The notes under the pieces: model-generated
What the model saw: only the letters and a program-made list of their open reading frames with translations
Told to the model about the DNA's origin: nothing
The model's database searches: none
NCBI GenBank assembly: GCA_051453625.1
Contig: JBOZIK010000001.1
Location: forward strand, 28,827,931 to 28,877,296
Origin: Welwitschia mirabilis
Lineage: Eukaryota
Direction of reading: 5' to 3'
DNA: 49,366 nt
Translations under genes and position numbers: made by a program
Part shown: positions 1-12,731 of the stretch, piece by piece
How positions within the stretch are numbered: position 1 is the stretch's first letter
Layout: each line of letters opens with the position of its first letter

Positions 1-885
1 CTAGAACAACATAAACTATGAGGGATAAGTTCCTACAATTATTAACAAAAAGAGTAATTCATATTAAAGATAAAAAGACATATATATCACAAAGTAGTTA
101 TTTCTCAATGGAGGATACACCATCTAACACCAAGGTAACGTCTCTCTGGATTATAAGATGGTTCTTCGGTCCCAAGATCTCCTGTCACGAGAATGTCAGA
201 TACTATCGAAAATGATTAGAGATCGAGGGAAAGAGCTTTATTTATAGACAGAAAGGGAAAAGAGACTGATAGAAAAGCATAAGAGAAACTCTAGCTAACA
301 TGCAAGGGAAAGTCGCAAATAACAAGAGACAACTCAGGAATACAATCTGTAAAACTATGGGAGAATAGTATTGTCCATGTGGTCATCCAGACGATGGAGG
401 AGATGATAGGGTTTTATAATGAGTTATCTGTTTATCTTCTAGTTTAACTATTTGTGATCCTGATGCAAAGTTCTGTCAACGGGTTCTAAAGATATCATCC
501 ACTGGTATTGTCTAGATGATGAGGTAGATGATGGAGTTTGATGAGGAGATCTTTACTTCAACTGCAAGTCATCTGGAAATAAGTCTATCATATGTTCGAT
601 TAGGGTTATCATCCTGACTGTCGTCTAGACGACATGTAGGATGACATTCTTTTACTCATCCTTTGTCAGTATGATATCTTGTTGTTTGCAGGGATAATCA
701 TCTGAAAATACAATTTATCCATGTTTATATGAAATCCTCTTGAAATATATGGTAAACTGTATGTTTTCATCTTATGCTTCTATATTCTCAATTGTCATAG
801 GAACTAGGCATTTATTTGTTAGTTTATCTGTAAAACAACTCAAAACACCCTATCAAATACACTTAAGTTGGCGTCGCAACAAACA
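1..885 (-). mobile_element. LTR of an LTR retrotransposon, 5' (U3) end; continues off the left edge
   Basis: Minus strand starts TGTTTGTTGCGACGCC at 885. Minus-strand TATA-like CTATAAATA (~239-247) is followed by a CT-rich tract. Repeated palindromic TCRTCYRGAYGA-type motifs. More CpGs than the flanks. LINE ORF1 sequence starts right after 885. Confidence 0.6.
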
Positions 886-3800
886 TGTATGCACAGGGGT
901 AATATCTCGACCCTATGTAATAAAGAACATCATAATGGAATTGAAGGGAATTCATAAATAAAGAATTAAAGCCCAACAAGCACTAAGGAAAAGAAGTAAT
1001 ATTCTATTTTTTAGCTAAAATGCATCAAAAGATAAACAATATGAAATGTAGGAAGGAAAGGTCACAAATGAGGAGCTTCAACAAAGAGGTAAAAGGACAT
1101 AAGTTACCAATCTAGGAACCCAAAAACAACAAAGATAAGTAATGATTATAGGGAAATTTCCTTAGGAAAAAAGATGAAAGGGATTAAAAGTCTAAATACT
1201 ATTATTAACAAAAGATCTTTCACTATAGGATGTAGTTACAAGAATGGATTAATAACCTATTATAGTTGGTAACATCCTAAAAAAATGTAGATACATGTGT
1301 AATGGAATCACAAGAAGAGATAACAGGATCTAATTAACATTGCCTCAAAAAGGTCAGTTCCTTACAAGAAAATTAGAAAAGGGAAGAAATGGATAGGGAA
1401 GAAACACCTCAAGACAAACAGAAAAGGATCCCCCTAGATTTTAGCATATAGAGAGGATCTAGTAGGCCTTTCAACTATGATAAAAGGCAAATGGAAGCTA
1501 TGCAAGATATAACCAATGGCATGTAATATACTCTAGATGAGATGATTCTTGATAGAAATAATATGTACAAGAAAGAAAACCATGGAGATGTTACCCTCTG
1601 CAACACTTCCATAGAAGCTTTATAAGGATCCAATGGTTATAGAACATCCATCTAAGAGAATGATCCTAGTACATCACAAGATGAAAATCATGTTTTCAAA
1701 CTGTTCTAGGCTATTCAATCTTTAAAAAAAAAAAAATCAAATTAAAGAGATTACATGTTAGGAAAATATAGAATTTGTGTTTATCTAGGAAATGAAATGC
1801 AAAAAAAAAGCCTAAGTACCTTGGACTAGGGTGATCTAAGGCCTAGGTAGAAGCCATAAAAAAAAGTCATCTAACTTTGATCATTAGAATGCATCCAAGG
1901 AAAGAGTATTAAGTTACTAAATGTTTATCACCACTCTTTAAAAAATTATAAGCAAAGATTTAGGTATTGGACACTAAAGATTACCTCAAAAGAAGGCTAG
2001 GTCATAAGAGGCAACTAAAATATGAGTACATGTGAGATAAATAGGATAAGTAGAAGATGTATCACAAAAGATCATTTCCCTCCCCTAAAATCTCAAATTC
2101 TAGGAAGACATGCTTTAAGTTCTCTCCCTTAAACTTAGCTCACTTGGAAAACTTTGGATAAGAAAGGAGGATGAAGGGGCTTAAAACTTAACATGTTTTT
2201 AATTAGAGAATAGATTTAGCATTAAAAATCCATTACCGTTAGAATCCTCCCATGGGTTCTGTGTAATTATAGACCAATCATATATGAATGGGGCAAAGAC
2301 AAAGTAAAATCTTTTCAAGTTTAAGAAATTTTGCATCTAAGAGTCTAGAAGTAGGAAAATATTGGAAAAAATATGAGATAAACTAAGAATAGAGAAGGGT
2401 AGTAAAGCCATAATGGAATAACTTTAAAGGTTTTGTCAGGTGTATCAAACCTAGAGGAAAAATTCTTATCTTTGACATGCCCAATAATATCTTAATAGTA
2501 TTTTCATTAGCTATCAAGTAATTGATGAGAAATCAAGCTAGGAAAAGATGATGCAAGATATGATGAAAGAAGAAATCGCTACTTTCAAGGCCATTAGGAA
2601 GAGACTTTTCACTAGTAGTAGAGAGAATAAGAGAAATGGCTCAAAGAGGGAAACCAAAATTCCCGTTACTTCTACATTTAAGCCTATTAGAGAGAGGTAA
2701 TTAAGAAAATAGTAAAATTTTTAGAGAATGAGATTATAGACCTTGGTTACATAAAAAATTACTTCCAAAATATTTTAAAGAAAGAAAAAAGTATAGAACT
2801 AAGGTTATAATAGATGTGGCTTCAAGTATAGTCTTGGAATAAGATAACATTAGGATTTAAAAACCTCCCTCTATAGAGGAGATCTAGAAAATCAAGAACT
2901 TAAATCCCAAAAATAAGGCCCCAAATCTAGCTGATTAGAATTTCAAACTCTTTAGGAAATACTAGGATGTGATGGGGAATGAAATCATAATGATAGTCTA
3001 GAGTAGATATCAATATGCAACATTTCTAAAAAACTAGGGAGATATAGCCTTAGTCCTAAAACTAAATAAGCAAGTTATCTATTACCATAAAGACTCTAGA
3101 ACAATTAACCTATACACCTATTATAAAAAGTTATGTTTAAAATTCTAGTTAATTGGCTTTGATTACTTCTCTCCCAGATTGTTGACAACAATTAGACACA
3201 ATTTATTCTAAACATGTGCATCTAGAAAATGTTATAATAGATAATGAAGTAATCTGGCATGGCATCAAAAAAAATTATTCACATGATTAAGTAGGATCTC
3301 TTGAAAGCTTATGATAGTGCCAATTAGCATTTTCCAGAGCTCATACTTGAGCATCTATGCTTCTTTGACTAGTTCTATGGGATGGTTAAATATATCCACT
3401 TTACTACTAAATTTAAATTTTAGATTGAAAAAAGGAAATTTAAGATGTTTTTTATAGGGATGGAATTAAACAAGAGGACATTTTATGTCCCTACATATTT
3501 GCTATTATGGTGGACAACTTGAATAGAATTTACAAAAAAGTAACATTAGCAAAGTTATCCCCTCAAACTAACATGTCCTTAGGTACATAGTTGATACTCT
3601 AATCTTATTCTAAGATTTAGTACTCAATGCCAAAAAAAAGAAGAAGTGTATGGATATTCTTGCAAAGTCCATAAATCTAAGAGTAAATTAGAAGAATATT
3701 CATATCATCCATATGAATTTTCCAGAGGAGAGAAGCAGGAAAATTCATTAAATTTTCAAATGTAATAGATAAGAGTTCCCATAATATATCTTGGGTAACT

Positions 3801-5900
3801 CCTCTTTGCTAGTAAGAATAAATTATATCTCTAGGACTGGATAATCAGTAAAATGAAGAGGAAATATTTAACTTGAAGGAAAAGATTTCTTTCACTAGTA
3901 GGAAATTTGACATTGACTAAAGTGGTCTTAAGTAGTATCCCTATTTATACAATGATGATCATTGATGATCACTAATTTCCCTTAGGCATTTTATAATGAA
4001 GTTAATAAGATTATCAAATATTTCTACTAGTTGCAAAATAATAATAGAAATATATTTCTTCTGGGATCTTAAAAGAAAGAAACAACGTCAAATCAAGTAG
4101 TAGGCTATAGTTTAAAAGACATTAGATTAAACGAAGTTATGCTAGTTATAAATCTCACCTGGGATATTTGAAATAAAATGGATAAGCCTTTGGTGAAATA
4201 TTTGACTTAGAAATATAAAAGAACATGTAACAAGACTAATCAAACCTTAGAAATCTAGAAGATTATAAATAAAGAATGGACATACTTCTAATCTCTAAGA
4301 AAATGAAAGTTTTGTCTAGGGAGAATATTAATAAGAAACCTCTTAATAGAGGAGATATTTAGCATTAAAATTAATAAAAAAGTATTAGATTTAATGGAAA
4401 CTTTAAGAATTAGGCAAGTAACAAAGGTTTGATACTTGTAAAAGAGGAAGTGAGGGTTCACCCATGACATTCCCTCCTTCTCGCCACTCCTTAAATAGTA
4501 TTTGAGATAAAGTAAAATCATTCAATTATATCATTTCAAATTTTATACCCTTGAATTAAGGTAGTAGGGACATTATTATGTTTCATAATAAAAAATGGAT
4601 CAATTAGATCCCCCATTTGATGTCCCAATATTTTAGAAAATACCTTAGATGGAATATCCTATGAAATATATAGCTTCAACCAAAAGTCCCTTTTTTTGGC
4701 TTAACTATTATACATTGGGAAATCCTTACTTAGGATACCCTCATTTGTAAGTGTTTAAACTTAGCTTTAAGTTGTACTATATTCTATAATGATGTGTGAA
4801 CATTTAATACACTTTTTAAAGTATGACATTATTAAAGGTATAAATAGATGCATGTGGAAAATAGGGTCTCTAGACCATTTAAACATCTATAATAAAATGG
4901 CTCACATGAAAACCTCTTTATTTTAAAATTTAGGCATGATGCTTTGGTTAGACCTTTTTTTAAGAAGTTTGGCTATAATAAAATAAAAGGAATTTTAGAA
5001 ATAATAACCTCATTTCTCTCCTCTGTATTCTTGTGATGAAGATAGTGATAACTAAGTAGATAGAAGAAGTGTAAGAATTAGGGATGATGAGGTCCACTAT
5101 GAGAAAGTCCTTCAGGAATAAACCATGCCAACACATAAAGCTATGAAATTCCCCATTGTTTTAGTACCTTTAGTATGAATAGAATATTATAATAGGCTTC
5201 ATAACTATTCTAAGAAATGGTTGGACCATTTGATCTAATCATGAAATAAAGACATAATCATAGTGCATGGTCATAGATTAGCCCTAATATAAGATATAGT
5301 GGAAGATGCCATAGTCCTCAAGCACAAGGAAGAAATGGTATCTCTCTAGGATAAGTATGATGACTCTTAACTAAACCATTTTTTTGCAATGGTATAAATG
5401 CACAAAAAGCAAAGTGATAGTTAAGCATTCTCTTCTCAATGAAGAATGGTCTAAGCTCAACTGATAGGCTATCAGTTATTTTACACTAGATGATAAGGTT
5501 TCATATATTTATGGCTTCCATTTTAGACTCATATGTGCATTTTATTAAGGCATATGTAGATGTGTGATCAACATGCTAAGTTTCCTAGTTATAAAATTAA
5601 GAAAGGAGATTGACTCAGCCATAAGGAAGTAACTCCAAATTATAGCACATGGAGGTTTGTTAGGGATTTTAATTTTTCATGCCACTTGGATCACCTTAGA
5701 AGTGAAAGAAAAAGATACATAAGATACAAGGGGAGGAGAGAATTTGCAAAATCATGGATATAAAGTTGTAAAACTTATCAACCTACAGTTATCACTCTTT
5801 AAATGCCAAGAGGTAGCCATAATAGGACCCCTAAGAAAATGTCCATCTAGTGTCTACTAACTGGTATTTCTTTTGAAGCCCTCTAATTAGCTAATCCTAA
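886..5900 (+). mobile_element. Degenerate L1-clade non-LTR retrotransposon (LINE): ORF1 3' part plus ORF2
   Basis: Ordered degenerate motifs: CCHC-like knuckle remnant (~1020-1080), endonuclease, RT, zf-RVT-like region and possible RNase H start. Many stops and frameshifts. The 3' boundary is approximate. Confidence 0.85.
1700..5600 (+). pseudogene. LINE ORF2 pseudogene (APE endonuclease, reverse transcriptase, zf-RVT, possible RNase H)
   Basis: IEFVFI*E (cf. LQETK, ~1770-1795); NVY (~1920); LPWVLCNYRPI (cf. LPRxxSDHxPI, ~2246); NKAP (~2912); MIK*DLLKAYDSAN* (cf. KxDxxKAYDxVxW, ~3283); GIKQEDILCPYIF (cf. GLRQGDPLSPYLF, ~3462); FPI-YLG (~3775); FLSLVGNLTLTKVVLSSIPIYTM (~3886-3955); PKV-FF-W-like (~4680); WSKLN (~5447). 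Confidence 0.9.
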
Positions 5901-6989
5901 TCCATTAATTCATGATCATAAGAAGGAAAAAATAAGTAGTAGGAGAGGCCATTCATACATAAAATACTAGTGAGAAGTACAAGGAAGAGGACAACTTTGT
6001 CTCTCAATGGTGTTCTGAATACCTTGCCTTATACTTTTTAAAGAGTAGCGTAAAAATCATCTAGCACCTATTGCTAGTCTCTTTGGGCTCCTTCAGATTT
6101 GAAGTTCTATGATAGTTCCCTAGTCATTTCCTTACCCACTTCCTTACCAAGTTCTTCGCAACCTTCCTACTCCCTTGCCTAGGCCTTAGCGCCATCCATG
6201 GTGGTAGCTTTTCTTTCATCATTAGCCTTAACCATTTTCTCCCTTATTATCCTAGTTTAATAACCTTTTCTTTATCTTTATACTCATTCTAGTTTATAAC
6301 ACATTAATCTACACTTAGATAGATCACTAAAGAAAGAAGGAAAACGTCCTCCAGCCTTGACTGGTCAACAGTGAGTGTAATCATCTAGGGCCTGATATTT
6401 ATATGGTAAAATTAAATCTTTATAGTAGAAAATTGATGGAGATTCCTCCTTCAACTATCATTAAATATGATGGGTAGAAAGGGGACTAGAATCTTAGACA
6501 TCTCCACATAGAAACCAATTGATTTTGTACATGATTTTAATTCAAATACTAATCCTAATTCATGATGATGATCTCCATTATATCTACATGAAAGATTTCA
6601 TGGATTTGGAAGTCCAATCTTAAAAAATCAATACCTAGTTCCCACTAGTGAATTAGTAGTTTTGGAAGCTTTTCTTTTATTTCAATGATTTTTTCACATC
6701 TTGTCTAATCTATATTCATGTAAATCATTTCTACTGTAAGTGAAGCTTTAGTTTATTTCATTTTCATTGCAAGTAATTGTAACCTTTTTTTTATTGAGTA
6801 TTTCAAGGAGAAACTTCCAAGTTTGCCTTATCAAGTTTGTCTTATCAAGTTTCCTTATTAGCATTTATTTTTCCCATAGTGCTATAGCTTCCTTTTTTTT
6901 TGGAGATTTCCTCCTAGTATCTGATCCTAATCTACTCATTTTGTATTCTTTTTTATCTTTAAAATTTAATCCTACTAAGTTTTTTATTA

Positions 6990-7339
6990 AAAAAAAGAAT
7001 AATATGGCATGGAAGGGTAGAAAAATAAAGAGAAAAATAAAAAAATGCATGAAGCATAAATATTCATGTGGTAAAACCCTTAAAACTAAAGGAAACTATC
7101 TATGAGAAAAGAAATATCTCTCTTATTTATCATGTGAGAAAGTTATTACCATATAATGTGTAATAATCTAAGCCACTTATATATGATTAGGGTTTTACAA
7201 CAAGCTAATCTTAAAATCCTAAATCTCATATTTGATTTAATTAAAACATGTAGGTAAAATAGTAATCTTAATTTATAAATTTTTGGTGTAAGACATAATC
7301 TTAAATAAGATGTTTATTTTAAATCTTAATAGTCTTACA
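6990..7339 (-). mobile_element. Possible solo or truncated LTR (copia-like)
   Basis: Plus strand has ATGTGGTAAAACCC...GGAAAC, resembling the reverse-read ACGTGGAAAACCC motif of many copia LTRs. It also has a reverse TATA (TTATATAT ~7177) and ends ...CTTACA at 7339. No partner LTR or TSD found. Confidence 0.3.
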
Positions 7340-9200
7340 CTTGATAAATTTACCTTCTTCATTTGTATAAAGGAACTAGAATACCAATGTAATCTTTAAC
7401 ATTACAATCATCTTGCTATTAGCTATACAAAGTGAAAAAATCATTTGTAAGGTTAAAGAATCCTTTTTAAAATTATGAATTTAATAATATAGTAATATAA
7501 GTTAAAAATAAGAAGATAGAAATAAATAATAAAGTGTTTAAATGGATAAAATAAAAAAATAAACTTTTAAGAATTAAAGAAAATGTTGTATAAAACTCCT
7601 ATAAAACTACTAAAATTGAATAAAATTTTGAAAGTGGAATAAAATTTAAGAAATAAGTCTATTGGTACAATTCTATTACAAAAAGAGGAAATAAAAACTA
7701 ATATTATAGTTAAAGACTAAATGAAATCATGCACAGGTATTTTATTTATGAAAAATAGTTTTATACAATTTCATTGGAATTGAAGCTATGGAAACATTAT
7801 GCTTTATATAAAGAATTTGCTTTCATAGAAATCCACATTATATTACAAAATAAAAAGGGAGAATAAAATATAATGAAACGTGAACATAGTGGAATGAATT
7901 TTCATTTTGAAAGATCTCATATTTAGTCTTATTATCTATAAATAAATAAAACATTATTAATTCTATGAACATATTTCAAATATAAAAGTAATAAGGAAAA
8001 GGCATATGAGAGAACTAGTTAGATATTTGAACTAAGGAAAATCTATCATTTTGATAAATTTATTTTTTAAAAGGAACTAAAACAAATTATTATTTATACA
8101 TATCACTAAATATACAAAAAGAACCATTAGAAACTATCAATATTTACTTCTTTATAGGCATACCTCATTGTGAATTAGGAAATAGCTATATCAAATAAAA
8201 GTATATGCTACATATGATGGACTATAAAAACCACTATTTTATATGGAGATGTTATTTTTATTAATTTATTTTAATATGAATTACTATAAATAATGGATTA
8301 GATGTTACATTTTAGTATAGTTAATCATTAAAAAAAATTAAAAAGACAAGGATATAAATAGAAGTTTAAAAATATCCTTTAGATATATCTAATCAAATTA
8401 GAATGTTATAAAAAAGATTAGCATGATTCCTACAAAAGATTATTAAAAAATTAAGAACTAGTTAATTTTTTTTATAAATTCATTGTAATATTTTTGTTGG
8501 AATGGTTTCAAAATAAAGACTTTTAAGTTATGTATCTAGTTCATGTTCACTACATGATGGTGATGTTATACTATAAGATATTAAAGATAAGATAATTAAG
8601 AAGGCTATACTTTGAGGAAGAGACAATTTGAGACCTATCCAGATCTAGAAATGGAAGGCTTCATATCATATATCAACAAAATTAAATGGAGTTATCTTAG
8701 GTTTAGCATAGATTAAATGTTAGAATAAAAAATATTTAATTCTTTTACATTCTTTTGTTAGTCATTTAAAGTCTCCTTATAGGTATTCAATTATAAGTTT
8801 TAAATTTTCCAACATTATAGAGATATTGTAACTTTCTCATGTCCTAATAAAATACAATGTGATTATTTATTATATTAAATCAATTATTATAGATCTCATC
8901 CATCTTGAAAATTAAATTATGAGAGTTTGATACACTAGATTTATATTTTTATTTGTTTCAAACTTACAGAGTAATATAGATATAATTTTAAAAGTTAGAA
9001 ATAGATATATAGATTTCTAATATTGTTTCTAAAATATAGTTTTCATTTAATAATTTTATATGAATTAATTATAATGAATTTTTAACTAGATCATATTAAA
9101 ATTAGTGGATTAGCATATTAACTTAAAGGACCTTGATTTTTGTAAAATAGTTCATGTTTACATTATGTTTAAACTCATATAGTTATTTCAATACCAACAA
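7340..9200 (+). pseudogene. Ty3/gypsy chromovirus-like (CRM-like) pol remnant: RT end, RNase H, integrase
   Basis: SIGTILLQ (~7658), KRLNEIMHRY-FIYEK*FYTISLELKLWKHY-LYKEF (~7712-7822; cf. KLNxAxxRYSTYDKEFYAIVxALxxWxHYLxxKEF), GL*KPL (cf. GLYxPL, ~8219). The C-terminal integrase is barely recognisable. Confidence 0.7.
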
Positions 9201-9633
9201 TGTTTCAAAAATAAAATAAATTCTAAAATTAAATAGCTTGAAGAAATATATTCCTAATAATATCTTGATCAAAAAGATAGTCAAGAAAATAAGAGACTAA
9301 CATATTTCTTCAAAAAGTAAAAGACCAACATATTTCTTCTAAATAGATAACTTTATTTAATTTAAGTATTATGACCTAAAACCAAACATTGTTTTCTACT
9401 TAGAAAACTTTAGAAGATATTTCAATCATGATAGAGTGATTTTTAAAAAAGGTGTATTTATTAAAAACATTAAAACACTATAGAAGAATATTAGTAAGAA
9501 AAGAATAAAAATAGATCAATTATTATAAATAATAAATATTTAATATCTTTATATTATTAAGTAGAATAGTTTTAAATGAGTTATAGATGTAGAATAAGAA
9601 AATATAACCAAAGATATTAATTTAATTACTTTA

Positions 9634-9733
9634 NNNNNNNNNNNNNNNNNNNNNNNNNNNNNNNNNNNNNNNNNNNNNNNNNNNNNNNNNNNNNNNNNNN
9701 NNNNNNNNNNNNNNNNNNNNNNNNNNNNNNNNN
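9634..9733. other. Assembly gap (100 N)
   Basis: Run of N with ATTACTTTA on both sides. Confidence 0.99.
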
Positions 9734-10121
9734 ATTACTTTAGAGTTGAGAGATTCTAATATAATTCTTCTAGTATCTAATCTACATTTTAGTGTCCCAA
9801 CATCTCCTACTAAACATTATTAATAAGAAAATGTAAGATATCTAGAGGAGAAAATGAAATTAAGAAATTATTGTGAATCTCTTTTTGATGTTTTATGATA
9901 TCAAGATACAATTAAAAAAATAAATTTAAGGAAATATTATAGTGCTATGATTGAAGAGATAACACAAAGAGGAAAATAATGTTAAGAATGAAGGGATTGA
10001 TTCCTCCATGTAATAATGAAACTAATTAGATAGAATGTAAACCATTATAATAATATCTCAAGAATTAATATCTTAAATTATGGTATTAAAGATAGAATTC
10101 TAATTTTATATTATTATTGAA

Positions 10122-10808
10122 NNNNNNNNNNNNNNNNNNNNNNNNNNNNNNNNNNNNNNNNNNNNNNNNNNNNNNNNNNNNNNNNNNNNNNNNNNNNNNN
10201 NNNNNNNNNNNNNNNNNNNNNNNNNNNNNNNNNNNNNNNNNNNNNNNNNNNNNNNNNNNNNNNNNNNNNNNNNNNNNNNNNNNNNNNNNNNNNNNNNNNN
10301 NNNNNNNNNNNNNNNNNNNNNNNNNNNNNNNNNNNNNNNNNNNNNNNNNNNNNNNNNNNNNNNNNNNNNNNNNNNNNNNNNNNNNNNNNNNNNNNNNNNN
10401 NNNNNNNNNNNNNNNNNNNNNNNNNNNNNNNNNNNNNNNNNNNNNNNNNNNNNNNNNNNNNNNNNNNNNNNNNNNNNNNNNNNNNNNNNNNNNNNNNNNN
10501 NNNNNNNNNNNNNNNNNNNNNNNNNNNNNNNNNNNNNNNNNNNNNNNNNNNNNNNNNNNNNNNNNNNNNNNNNNNNNNNNNNNNNNNNNNNNNNNNNNNN
10601 NNNNNNNNNNNNNNNNNNNNNNNNNNNNNNNNNNNNNNNNNNNNNNNNNNNNNNNNNNNNNNNNNNNNNNNNNNNNNNNNNNNNNNNNNNNNNNNNNNNN
10701 NNNNNNNNNNNNNNNNNNNNNNNNNNNNNNNNNNNNNNNNNNNNNNNNNNNNNNNNNNNNNNNNNNNNNNNNNNNNNNNNNNNNNNNNNNNNNNNNNNNN
10801 NNNNNNNN
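10122..10808. other. Assembly gap
   Basis: Run of N. The ORF 10117-10863 is an artefact of it. Confidence 0.99.
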
Positions 10809-11200
10809 CTATTATTTATTGTCTAGGAATAAAGTTAAAGATCTTTTAAACTTCTTATATTAAAATATTTTAATACTTTTTAATCCTACTTTGGTTGATG
10901 GTAATTTTAATGTTATTCTTCATGAGTATGAAAAAATTATTGGGAACTTTTCATTTTCCAAAAAACAAGACTTTTTAAGATATATGAACAATTTTGGTTT
11001 GACTAAAATTTTAATTGAAAATAATTCTACTAATACTTGGAATGATATAAAATATAATTCTTTTAATTCTTAGAACTTTAGATAGATTGTTCACGAACAT
11101 TTTTTTTGCTCCTATCTTTTCCACATTTTACAAGTTAAAATATTAATCATATTTCTTTAAATTATTAATTGATTCTTATTCACAATCATACTAATAACAG
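10809..11200 (+). pseudogene. LINE APE-endonuclease fragment
   Basis: PTLVDGNFNVILHEYEKIIG (cf. PWxxxGDFNxILxxxEKxGG), TWN, LDRLFTN (cf. LDRxLxN). Confidence 0.85.
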
Positions 11201-11229
11201 AGTATTTTTGGAAAACTCTAGAAGTTCAA

Positions 11230-12731
11230 AAGAAAAATTGCAAGAAGATGTTATAAAGAATGTGGGCTCCTTTTAATTGTAACTCCTTCTTATTCTATTT
11301 ATTATCTAGAAAGGAGGTAAAGGGAAGTTTAAGAGATTCTTTATAAATTATAAATAGATTACTATATTTATTTAATTTAGGGTTTAATTACTTTTTTATG
11401 AAGAAATGTAAAGTATAAATTAAAACAAAAGGTTAATAAAAGGCATTTCCTACTTGGAATTGGAAACCACTTTATGTTTCAAACCTTTAATTCTATTGGA
11501 TTTTTATGTTTGGAATACCTCTCTATTATATTTTCTGTATTATATGACTATGGCATCTCTTTTTTTCTTTTTTTTTGAGATGTGTCAAATGGTATTAGAG
11601 TCAAAAAAACCAATATTAATGTGAAGCTCAAGATTGAGCTTAATGTTAAAGTGGGTAGATTGATATAGGAGCATCCATGAAGAGTTATAAAAAGTGACAA
11701 GAATAATTCCATATGATTTAAAACAAGAATGGAAGTAAAAAATATAAGTTAGGGTATCCTACCACCAAAGTTCCTTTGCATTTTAGATTGAATGAAGTAC
11801 TAGTTACATAAAATGGTATCAAAGCTAGAAATGATCTTAGATGAGAATTGAGGATTATCGAAGAATAAAAACTCATAAAAGAAATATTAAGTAAAAGATT
11901 AATAAAATGAAATACATGCTAAAGGATAAGATCATGTTTCTAGGAAAGCAAACTTGAGTAGCTTAGAGAAATGGCAAAGAAGGAGGCTATGAAAGTGTGA
12001 AGTTTACCTTATTTTAATAACATGAAGTTGGAACAACTTTTTTGTTTTTATTAAATGACAAGTTCATTTTCAAGAGAGGACATTTGACATGTGGAGAATC
12101 TTTGGAATAATATAAAAGTTCAATAAAAAAAAGAAAGAAAGAAAGAAAGAAAGAAAGAAATCCAATAAAGAATGTGGACGCCTTTTTATTGGAACTCCTC
12201 CTTATGGTAATACTTATGTACAAAGGAGGTGAAAGGAAGTCTAATAAGTTCTCTACAAAATATAGAGAGATGATTAGGTTTATTAAATTTAGAATTTAAT
12301 TTTTTCTTTATGAAGAAAGGTCATGTACAAATTAAAGAAAAATGTTAATGGAAAGGAATTTCCTACTAATTTACCTTAGTTTGGTAAAGGCCTAGGAAAT
12401 ACTTTGAATTTCACACCTTTTCTTATAGTGGATTTTCATGTTTGGAATTAATAGACCCTTTAAATATCTCTCTATTATGTTTTATCTACTATGTGACTTT
12501 AGATTAGCTTTCTTCTGGCTGCATCAAATGATATCAAATTTAGAAGATCACTAGCACTATGAACCTCAGGGATGTACTTAATGTTAAAGTGGATTAGCTG
12601 ACACAACAACATCCACGAAGAGATATAAGTGCTAATGAGAATCATTCAACATGAGTTGGAACAAGAATGGAAGTAAAAAATATAAGCAGGGATACCCTAT
12701 GACTAGGTTGGATGAGGTACTGGCTGCATCG
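11230..12731 (+). mobile_element. Tandem TRIM-like (miniature LTR retrotransposon) array, about 1.6 units
   Basis: Short LTRs at 11661-11811 and 12599-12731 (TG start, TCC(A)ACAT-like, TATAAG, GGCTGCATC end), each preceded by AAAGTGG.. PPT. tRNA-iMet PBS TGGTATCAAAGC at 11814. Segment ~11260-11660 is repeated at ~12172-12598. No coding capacity. Confidence 0.75.
12124..12160 (+). repeat. (AAAG)n microsatellite
   Basis: A-run followed by about seven AAAG units. Confidence 0.95.

Noticed and set aside
18..961. ORFs 18-215 and 740-961
   Set aside because: Short, antisense to an LTR or crossing the LTR/LINE junction, with no recognisable domain.
7286..7340. Inverted repeat GTGTAAGAC...GTCTTACAC
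   Set aside because: Only 9-bp arms around AT-rich filler and no TSD; insufficient for a MITE or miRNA call.
10117..10863. 248-aa ORF (also 47571-47942 and 47587-47955)
   Set aside because: Translation through N gaps.
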